Assembly: GCA_031265765.1 (NCBI GenBank) | Contig: JAISCE010000003.1 | Location: 11,738 to 75,737, forward strand | From: Azoarcus sp. | GTDB lineage: Bacteria > Pseudomonadota > Gammaproteobacteria > Burkholderiales > Rhodocyclaceae | Length of the DNA: 64,000 nt | Direction of reading: 5' to 3' | Part shown: positions 23,775-30,943 of the stretch, in pieces | Numbering within the stretch: position 1 is the stretch's first letter | Layout: every line of letters starts with the position of its first letter | Position numbers and translations under genes: made by a program | The notes under the pieces: generated by a model | Databases searched by the model: none | Seen by the model: only the letters and a program-made list of their open reading frames with translations | What the model was told of the DNA's origin: nothing

Positions 23775-24848
23775 TCACATCTGGTTTCTTCGTTCAAATT
23801 CAAACCACCACACTGCCGAGTCTGCCCTATGCTGGTAAAGTGGAAAGGCGTCGTGCAACGACCATCCCTTTGATTGAATGGCATTTATTATTTCCTCTTT
23901 TGTTCGATAATATGCGGTGTAAAGTGAATCCAGTTCCGGCGAGAAGAAATTGACCAGATCGAATCTTTTTTCCATGGCAATACTTGTTCTTAGCAATAAT
24001 TGCGATGATTGATGCGCGAATTCTCCGACATGCGCCAACAATCGCTCAAATTGCTCATCATCCAGGGATGGTGTAATTCCGGACAATAAAATCAGGTCAA
24101 AATATTTCTCTGTCTGAAATTCTGCAACATCCGCGACGTGCAGGTGGATATGCGGGAGATTCGTCTTTTTTTGACTGGCGATTGCAATGAGTTCATTTGA
24201 AAAATCAACCCCGGTCACATCGTCGAATTTCCGGGCAATCGTGGCCAGGTGGCGACCATCTCCGCATCCCAGATCAATCAGGCTTCTAGCTTTGCTCCGC
24301 TCGGCGCATTTTTCAATGAGATCGCACTCGTGCGCCGTTTCGTGGAACATTTTTCCCTGGTCTCCTCCAAAACTGCCCAAAGTGGTCACGCCAGCCGGCA
24401 AATCGGCTTGTTTTGCCGCCCGCGACGCCCAGAAAGACTGTAATTTTGCGCGTATCGACGTTGAAGAAACCTTCGATGTTCGTGGGATGTGCACTACATG
24501 CACACCATGTATGGCGCAGTATTCCAGCGTTTGCAATTGATCTGGATACTCCCGATTCTGACCGTATTCGTCTCCGCAAACAAAAACATCTATCTTCAAC
24601 GCAGCCAGCAAGGCTCCTTGAAACACACTCGAATAGCTTACGACCGCGGAAACAAAACGAAGTTGCTCGATCAGGGCAATACGCTCCGCCAACGACGTAA
24701 CGGGGCTGACGCCTTTCTGACATTTGACGGCTCTATCTTCCTGCACCGCGACAATCAGTTCGTCGCCCTCTCGACTAGCCGCCAGCAGATAATTCAAATG
24801 CCCAATGTGGAAAACATCGAATACGCCGGGTACAAGCACTTTGCTCAA
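23775..24848 (-). CDS. Bifunctional TagD-like cytidylyltransferase (HxGH) / class I SAM-dependent methyltransferase
   Basis: GVFDVFHIGHLNYL...DVFVCGDEYG matches glycerol-3-phosphate cytidylyltransferase. MTase motif I LIDLGCGDGRH. Start called at the TTG at 24848 with an AGGAGA RBS; the ORF track extends to 25049 through an Arg-rich, non-protein-like tail. Confidence 0.55.
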   Translation of the reverse strand: MSKVLVPGVFDVFHIGHLNYLLAASREGDELIVAVQEDRAVKCQKGVSPVTSLAERIALIEQLRFVSAVVSYSSVFQGALLAALKIDVFVCGDEYGQNREYPDQLQTLEYCAIHGVHVVHIPRTSKVSSTSIRAKLQSFWASRAAKQADLPAGVTTLGSFGGDQGKMFHETAHECDLIEKCAERSKARSLIDLGCGDGRHLATIARKFDDVTGVDFSNELIAIASQKKTNLPHIHLHVADVAEFQTEKYFDLILLSGITPSLDDEQFERLLAHVGEFAHQSSQLLLRTSIAMEKRFDLVNFFSPELDSLYTAYYRTKEEIINAIQSKGWSLHDAFPLYQHRADSAVWWFEFERRNQM

Positions 24849-25183
24849 TTTATTTCTCCTGGCGATGGGCGGCAACGTATTACCCGCTTCAAATCGTGAC
24901 GGTACGGTGCGTGGATGGACGCGTCGCCGGATATGCGTTCGCCAGGCGCGCGCAGCGGGTCGGGCGCAGCGTAAAATCCTTTTATCATTGTTGGAATTCC
25001 CTCGTATGGAACGGGCATGTGCGTTGTCGGCCTCTGGATTCGATGACATAACTGTGCGCCCGGCAGGACGATCACATTTGGAGTGCCTGGGCGATTTCCA
25101 GTTCCCCTGATATCATGACGATGCTGTTTGACTTGCTACCGAGTGGTTTGTCATGATTGCGCTTTCGCCGGATGGAGAACGGA

Positions 25184-26671
25184 ATGACGCTTGCGCTTGT
25201 CCGCACCCGGGCGCTCGATGGCCTCACTGCGCCCGAGGTCACGGTCGAGGTTCATCTTGCCAATGGTTTGCCGTCTTTTACGCTCGTCGGCCTGCCCGAC
25301 ACCGAGGTGCGCGAGGCGCGCGACCGGGTGAGGGCGGCCCTGGTGACATCGCGGTTCGAGTTTCCACAGCGCCGCATCACAGTCAACCTTGCGCCCGCCG
25401 ATCTGCCCAAGGAAGGCGGGCGCTTCGATTTGCCGATTGCCCTGGGCATCCTTGCCGCCTCGGGACAAATCGCGGCGCGTTCGCTCGAAGGCCATGAGTT
25501 TTGCGGCGAATTATCGCTCGACGGCAGTTTGCGCGGCATCCGGGGACCGCTTGCCGCCGCGCTTGCTTCTGGAAAAGCGCAGCGCGCGCTGGCCTTGCCG
25601 CGCGTCAATGCCGACGAGGCGGCGCTTGCGCGAGGTGTGACGGTGTTGCCGGCAAATTCATTGCTGGCGCTTTGTGCGCATCTTGCCGGACGCGATCCGA
25701 TTTTGCCGCACGTCGCTCCCGTGCGGGCGATTGCCGCCAATGCGTCGGATCTTGCCGACGTGCGCGGCCAGTTGCAGGCGCGGCGCGTGCTCGAAGTGGC
25801 TGCGGCGGGCGGGCATTCGCTGCTTTTTTTCGGCCCGCCGGGCACGGGAAAGTCGATGTTGGCGCAACGCCTGCCGGGCTTGCTGCCGCCGCTCGACGAA
25901 AACGAGGCGCTGGAAAGCGCGGCGGTGCTCTCGCTCGGCGGCCTGTTCGACGCCGCGCATTGGGGGCTGCGGCCATTTCGCGCGCCCCACCATTCCGCCT
26001 CGGCGGCGGCCTTGATCGGCGGCGGTTCCATGCCGAAGCCGGGGGAAGTGTCGCTTGCCCACCATGGCGTGCTTTTTCTCGACGAACTGCCCGAATTCGA
26101 CCGCCGGGTGCTCGAATCGCTGCGCGAACCGTTGGAAACCGGAACGGTCAGCGTGGCGCGCGCGCAGCGGCGGGCCGAATTCCCGGCGCGTTTTCAACTC
26201 GTGGCGGCGATGAATCCTTGTTCCTGCGGTTATGCCGGCCATCCGGCAAGGGCATGCACCTGCTCGCCAGCCCAGATTGCGCGCTATCGCGCCAGATTAT
26301 CGGGGCCGCTGCTCGACCGGATCGACCTTATGGCCGAGGTGCCCGTCGTGCCTTTCACCGATTTGGCGACGACTGCCGCGGGCGAATCGAGCGCCGAAGT
26401 TCGCGCAAGGGTGGTATGCGCCCATGCGCGGCAGATGTCCCGGCAGGGCGTCCCCAATGCCCGGCTGGAAGCGGGCCGGGTCGAGCCGCTGTGTGCGCCG
26501 GACGCGGCTGGCGCGGCGCTGCTCGCCGCCGCGATGCAGCGTCTCAACCTGTCGGCGCGCGCCTACCATCGCGTGCTCCGTGTGGCGCGCACGCTGGCCG
26601 ATTTGAGCGGCGCCGAACGCCCCGGCACGGCGCACGTAGCCGAAGCGATCCAGTACCGGCGCGGATTTTGA
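25184..26671 (+). CDS. yifB: Mg-chelatase-like AAA+ ATPase YifB/ComM
   Basis: Walker A GPPGTGKSM, characteristic ComM N-terminal domain, RBS GGAG. Confidence 0.85.
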   Translation: MTLALVRTRALDGLTAPEVTVEVHLANGLPSFTLVGLPDTEVREARDRVRAALVTSRFEFPQRRITVNLAPADLPKEGGRFDLPIALGILAASGQIAARSLEGHEFCGELSLDGSLRGIRGPLAAALASGKAQRALALPRVNADEAALARGVTVLPANSLLALCAHLAGRDPILPHVAPVRAIAANASDLADVRGQLQARRVLEVAAAGGHSLLFFGPPGTGKSMLAQRLPGLLPPLDENEALESAAVLSLGGLFDAAHWGLRPFRAPHHSASAAALIGGGSMPKPGEVSLAHHGVLFLDELPEFDRRVLESLREPLETGTVSVARAQRRAEFPARFQLVAAMNPCSCGYAGHPARACTCSPAQIARYRARLSGPLLDRIDLMAEVPVVPFTDLATTAAGESSAEVRARVVCAHARQMSRQGVPNARLEAGRVEPLCAPDAAGAALLAAAMQRLNLSARAYHRVLRVARTLADLSGAERPGTAHVAEAIQYRRGF

Positions 26672-26726
26672 GGAGAGGAGTCCTTTGGGGGCGGGCTTAG
26701 AAAGACCGTATGTTTTCGTCATTGCG

Positions 26727-26755
26727 TTGACCTGGATAGTAAGTATATATATAAT
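26727..26755 (+). promoter_or_regulatory. Near-consensus sigma70 promoter (TTGACC-17 nt-TATAAT)
   Basis: Read directly from the sequence upstream of the MarR-like fragment. Confidence 0.45.
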
Positions 26756-26795
26756 AAATGCCATCATCGCAAGGAGCGTAATGCCGTAGCAATTC

Positions 26796-27209
26796 ATGAA
26801 GCCGTATGGATTGCCACGGTGCTATGCGCCTCGCAATGACGGATGTCATGCATTATGCGCGTTCATTTGGAAAACCTTCGTCTCCCAAGCGCAGGTAGCC
26901 ACGATGGCCGACATGGATGTCATGCTGGTTTCACAGATTGTCAGGAATCTGGAAAAAAGCGGTTTTTTGACGCGCTCGGAAAATCCCCAGGACTCGCGTT
27001 CCTACGCGCTCCATCTGAGTAACAAGGGCAAGACGGCTGTCAAGACGGCTTTGCCGGTTGTCGAGGCATCGACGATGAGTTTTTCAGCGGGCTTGGCGAA
27101 AACAGAAAAACCTTCCTCGCCCTTTTGCGGCAGCTTGTCGCCACTTGCGATGAGTGGTCTGCGTAGGCCCCTCAAATATCGTGCACGTGAACACGTTCCG
27201 GCGGTATGA
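26796..27209 (+). pseudogene. MarR-family regulator fragment (wing/recognition-helix region only)
   Basis: VSQIVRNLEKSGFLTRSENPQDSRSYALHLSNKGK matches the MarR wHTH C-terminal half. The N-terminal ~60 aa of a normal MarR is missing. Lower-GC DNA. Confidence 0.4.
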
Positions 27210-28242
27210 GGCGCGCGAAGCCCATGGGAATGTCGGCATCGCCCTGGACGGTCAGTTCTTCGCCGGGAGGCAGCGATTGCCGCAGGAAAGCGGCCAGCGC
27301 CAGAACTTCCGGCGCATCCGGCGCGGCGACGAGCAGGCGCCAGGGCCGTCGCGGCGCATCTTGCGCGATCTCGTCGGCCATGATGCCTGCCCGCGCGCTT
27401 TTGTCCGTGGCCGGCGCTTCCGCGTGATGTGCAGAGGTGTCCCCAAGCGTCGCGGCCAGTCGCTTCCATTGTTCTCCGTTGATCGGCCAAATGTCGGTGG
27501 GGACGGCTGGCATCGTCGTGGTTGCGGCCTTGGCGACGGACTCGGTAAGCGGCGAGGCTGCCGACGGTTGCATTGTTCCAGGTCTGGCGGTCTGGCTGTT
27601 TCCGTGTCGCGCTTTTGACTGGGCAAGAAACTCGCTCCTGCCCGTAAGCAGCGCGCTGTCTGGCGCTTCATCGCCCGCTGCCTCGGTCTCGAATTGCGCC
27701 GGGGATGGCGGAGGCGGTGACGCGGCAAGCATTGGCGCGGGAGGCGTTCCCGGCGCGGATAGCCAATGAAATTGCACAGCCAGCCCGGCCAGCAGCGCGA
27801 TGCTGAAGCTCGCGCCGAAGACCAGCCCCGGCTTCCACCATGTGCGCCGCCGTGTCGGGGCCGGACGCGGCGCGGCGCGGGGCGCTTCTTCCTGTCGCGC
27901 CCAGCCGTGCAGCCATGCTGCCGCTTTCGGCGAGACCGGTGCCCCCAGGGCCGCTTCGATGCTGGTACCGCGCGCGAGTTCGGCGCGCAGCGCCTGCCGG
28001 CGCGGCGCCTGCGCGCGTTCCAGCGCCCAGGCTTCCCGCAATACGGCATCGCACAGGTGCGCGGGCGGCTCGAACATACCGGCGGCGACGGCGTCCCGCT
28101 TGGCGGCGCGTTCATTTTCGACGGCGCGCGCGGTCTGGTTCATCCAGGACGCCAGCGTCTCGGGCGCGTCGAAAAACGGCGCGGCCCCGAGCACGGCGCT
28201 CAATCTGTCTTCGCCAGCAATGAAGCGTTCGACCGCGTTCAT
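27172..28242 (-). CDS. Single-pass membrane anti-sigma factor
   Basis: ATGA-coupled to the ECF sigma gene. Central TM helix (WWKPGLVFGASFSIALLAGLAVQF) and an Ala/Pro-rich periplasmic domain. Confidence 0.6.
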   Translation of the reverse strand: MNAVERFIAGEDRLSAVLGAAPFFDAPETLASWMNQTARAVENERAAKRDAVAAGMFEPPAHLCDAVLREAWALERAQAPRRQALRAELARGTSIEAALGAPVSPKAAAWLHGWARQEEAPRAAPRPAPTRRRTWWKPGLVFGASFSIALLAGLAVQFHWLSAPGTPPAPMLAASPPPPSPAQFETEAAGDEAPDSALLTGRSEFLAQSKARHGNSQTARPGTMQPSAASPLTESVAKAATTTMPAVPTDIWPINGEQWKRLAATLGDTSAHHAEAPATDKSARAGIMADEIAQDAPRRPWRLLVAAPDAPEVLALAAFLRQSLPPGEELTVQGDADIPMGFARLIPPERVHVHDI

Positions 28243-28811
28243 TCAGTCTGTCCCAGTTCGCGGCGCAGATGCGCGAAGGCATAGCGCAGCCGGCTTTTTA
28301 CCGTCTCGAACCCCGCGCCGACCGAGGCGGCGATCTCCTCCAGCGACAGTTCGCTGAAAAAGCGCAGCACCACGACTTCGCGCTGCAACACCGGCAAGGC
28401 CATGAGCGCCCGATGCACGCGGTGCAGGTCTTGCCGAAGGCTCAGTTCCGCGTCCGGTGTCAGGTCGTCGTCGGGGATGCGCTCCTCGTTGCCATCGAGC
28501 GCCTCGTGCTGGGCGTAGGCGCTTTTGCGGGCGTCGAGCAGCGTGTTGCGCGCGATCTGATAAAGAAAGGTGCGGAACGCGGCGGTTGGCTGATAGTTTG
28601 CACAACGCATCAGTTTCAGCCAGGTCTTCTGGCAGATGTCTTCCGCCTCGTCGCGGTCGCCCTGGCAGCTCCAGGCGATGAAATTGAACAAGGCGCGATT
28701 GTGGCGGCGGAAAAGCTCGGCAACCGGTTCTGCGACGATGCCCTGTGCGATCAGCGTCATCAGGTCTTCGTCGGGAAGCTCCCCGAGCGACGGCGGGTTT
28801 TGTGCGTTCAT
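28239..28811 (-). CDS. ECF (sigma-24 family) RNA polymerase sigma factor
   Basis: Sigma-70 region 2 (LFRRHNRALFNFIAW) and region 4 (LSLEEIAASVGAGFETVKSRL). The upstream extension in the ORF track is translation of a palindrome. Confidence 0.85.
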   Translation of the reverse strand: MNAQNPPSLGELPDEDLMTLIAQGIVAEPVAELFRRHNRALFNFIAWSCQGDRDEAEDICQKTWLKLMRCANYQPTAAFRTFLYQIARNTLLDARKSAYAQHEALDGNEERIPDDDLTPDAELSLRQDLHRVHRALMALPVLQREVVVLRFFSELSLEEIAASVGAGFETVKSRLRYAFAHLRRELGQTE

Positions 28812-28851
28812 CGCGCCAGTATAGCCGCGCCGCCCCGGCCCGGTTTGAATC

Positions 28852-28881
28852 GCGTCATTCCCGCTTTCGCGGGAATGACGC
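28852..28881. repeat. Perfect 13-bp inverted repeat (GCGTCATTCCCGC-TTTC-GCGGGAATGACGC)
   Basis: Seen directly, 9 nt downstream of the vWA gene stop and upstream of the sigma gene. No U-tract follows. Confidence 0.6.
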
Positions 28882-28889
28882 ACTGCGTA

Positions 28890-30605
28890 TTACTTGCCGT
28901 TGCTCGAGAGCGTGTCCGCCAGTTCGATCAGATTCACCAGTTCGGCGCGATAGCCGTATTCGTCCTTGCTCGTCACGCTTGCCGCCAAAGCCCGCGCATT
29001 CTCATAACGCCACGAACCCAGATTCGCCCTGTCGCGCAGCAATTGCCCGAAGCCCGCCACCGCCGCCGCGAGACGGAAATCGTCGTCGGCTTCCTTGATC
29101 GGCTTCAATTCGGCGGGCAACACCGGGTATTCGGCCAGCGTGCTGGTGTCGCCGTCCGGCTTTTTGTAGCGCAATTTGACGAAGGCGATTTCGTCGCCGT
29201 GCGCGTCGGCGGATGCGGCTTTTCGCGTTTGATAGCGCAGCGGTTCCAATGCGCCCTTGCGCCCGGCCAGGGTCAATTCATAGAGCGCCGTGACCGTGTG
29301 GCCCGCGCCGATGTCGCCCGCGTCTACTTTGTCGTTGTTGAAGTCTTCGCGCTTGAGCATCCGGTTTTCGTAGCCGATCAGCCGGTATTCCGTCACCTGC
29401 GCCGGATTGAATTCGACCTGGATTTTCACGTCCTTGGCGATGGTCGCCAGCGTCGAAGTCATTTCATTGACCAGCACCTTTTTACCTTCCATCAGCGAAT
29501 CGATGTACGAATACGCGCCATTGCCCGCATCGGCCAGTTGTTCCATCAGATGCTCGTTGTAATTGCCGGTGCCGAAGCCGAGGGTGGTGAAGGAGACGCC
29601 GGATTTGCGCTTATCTTCGATCATCTGCTTCAACTGGCCGAAATCGGTGACGCCGATGTTGAAGTCGCCGTCGGTCGCCAGCAGGATGCGGTTGATGCCG
29701 CCCTTGATGAAGTTTTCCTGCGCCTGCTGGTATGCCAGTTCGATTCCCGCCGCGCCCGCCGTGCTGCCGCCGGCTCTCAGGCGGCTGATGGCATTGATGA
29801 TCTTCTTTTGCTCGCTGCCCGGCGCGCCCGACAGCGCGACCGCGGTGCCGCCCGCGTAAGTGACCAGCGAAATCCTGTCCTGGGCGCGCAGTTGCTTGAC
29901 CAGCAGCTTCAGCGATGCTTGCAGGAGCGGTAATTTATCCCGCGAATACATCGAGCCGGAAACATCGACCAGGAAGATGAGATTGGCCGGAGGCAGGGTC
30001 TGCTTGGCGAGATCTTCGCCCTTGAGCGCCACCCGCAGCAGGACCCGATCGGCATTCCACGGCGCGGGGGCGAGCGCCGTATGCACCGCGAACGGTTTGC
30101 CGTCCCGAGGCTGGGCGTAGCGGTAGGGGAAATAGTTGATCATTTCCTCGACCCGCACCGCGTCGCGCGGCGGTAGTTGTCCGTGCGTCAACATCCGACG
30201 CACATTGGCGTAGCTGCCGGTATCGACATCGATCGAGAAGGTCGACACCGGCTCCTCCGCCACGAGCTTCACCGGGTTGTCGTCGATCTTGCCGTAGCGT
30301 TCGTCGCCGGGTTCGGGCTGCTGCTGGATTACGGTGTAGTCGGAAGACAATGTCGTGTCGGATAGTGCGTTCTTATTCATCGCACGCGATGGCGCTTCTG
30401 CTTCCTGCGCCGCCATCGGTGCGGCTGGCGCGGATTCCGACTCGGACGGCGCTGCGTCGGACGGCCCTGCGAGCGGCTCGGGCGATGCCGCGACCGGTCT
30501 GGAAACCCTGTCGCTCATGTTGTCTTTAGCGGACTCCGCGCACGCGGCCAGCAGTAGCACGGTCAGCAGCGCGGCGGCGGTTCGTGGGAAAGTCGTTTGT
30601 TTCAT
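28890..30605 (-). CDS. vWA-domain lipoprotein (YfbK-like)
   Basis: Lipobox LLLAAC. vWA MIDAS motif (DVSGSM) and a DUF3520-like N-terminal region. First gene of the vWA/sigma/anti-sigma operon. Confidence 0.75.
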   Translation of the reverse strand: MKQTTFPRTAAALLTVLLLAACAESAKDNMSDRVSRPVAASPEPLAGPSDAAPSESESAPAAPMAAQEAEAPSRAMNKNALSDTTLSSDYTVIQQQPEPGDERYGKIDDNPVKLVAEEPVSTFSIDVDTGSYANVRRMLTHGQLPPRDAVRVEEMINYFPYRYAQPRDGKPFAVHTALAPAPWNADRVLLRVALKGEDLAKQTLPPANLIFLVDVSGSMYSRDKLPLLQASLKLLVKQLRAQDRISLVTYAGGTAVALSGAPGSEQKKIINAISRLRAGGSTAGAAGIELAYQQAQENFIKGGINRILLATDGDFNIGVTDFGQLKQMIEDKRKSGVSFTTLGFGTGNYNEHLMEQLADAGNGAYSYIDSLMEGKKVLVNEMTSTLATIAKDVKIQVEFNPAQVTEYRLIGYENRMLKREDFNNDKVDAGDIGAGHTVTALYELTLAGRKGALEPLRYQTRKAASADAHGDEIAFVKLRYKKPDGDTSTLAEYPVLPAELKPIKEADDDFRLAAAVAGFGQLLRDRANLGSWRYENARALAASVTSKDEYGYRAELVNLIELADTLSSNGK

Positions 30606-30720
30606 CGAAAATTGACTCCGGTTGAAGCCTCCCCCTTCGGGGGGATAATTACATACGGGAGGGGCGCAACCCCTTCCGCGCTTTGTCGTCCGGCTCTGTC
30701 TGACGTGGATGGAAACGTAA
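30606..30720 (-). promoter_or_regulatory. Conserved structured 5' leader, copy 1 (paralogous to 56090-56200)
   Basis: Aligns over ~115 nt, including the RBS and first codons, with the leader of the cytochrome c gene at 56089. Confidence 0.45.
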
Positions 30721-30943
30721 AAGCCAGATGGTACACATGAAACGAACCGGAACCGCGAACGGGGTTGGGCTGTTTCAGCGAAAAGCGATCCGCACGGATC
30801 AAGGGCCGGAATTCACCGGCCGGGCCTGCCAGATGGGGGCGGGTCAGTTTGCGCGGCAATGACATGTAAATGTCGATTTCCGCACTACGCCGCGCTTCTG
30901 GCAATGCGGACAACGAACGTCGATGCCCGCGCCCTTCCGGGGA

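Noticed and set aside
28812-28883. Upstream extension of the ECF sigma ORF (MRHSRESGNDAIQTGPGRRGYTGA...)
   Set aside because: This stretch is the translation of the GCGGGAATGACGC palindrome and spacer. Sigma region 2 alignment starts at the internal ATG at 28811.
30606-30720. Possible guanidine-III (ykkC-III) riboswitch because of CCGGACG...GGTGCG in the conserved leader
   Set aside because: The P1 closing CCGG and the GCGCC/GGCGC pseudoknot partner are not in the right places. The downstream genes (a vWA lipoprotein and a cytochrome c) are not guanidine-related. The resemblance is superficial.
30606-30720. Sigma-54 (-24 GG / -12 GC) or classic ECF (GGAAC-N16-CGTC) promoter inside the conserved leader
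   Set aside because: The best candidate, TGGTTTCAATCCGCG, has 9-nt rather than 10-nt spacing and is not conserved in copy 1. No GGAAC/CGTC pair at correct spacing is shared by both copies.
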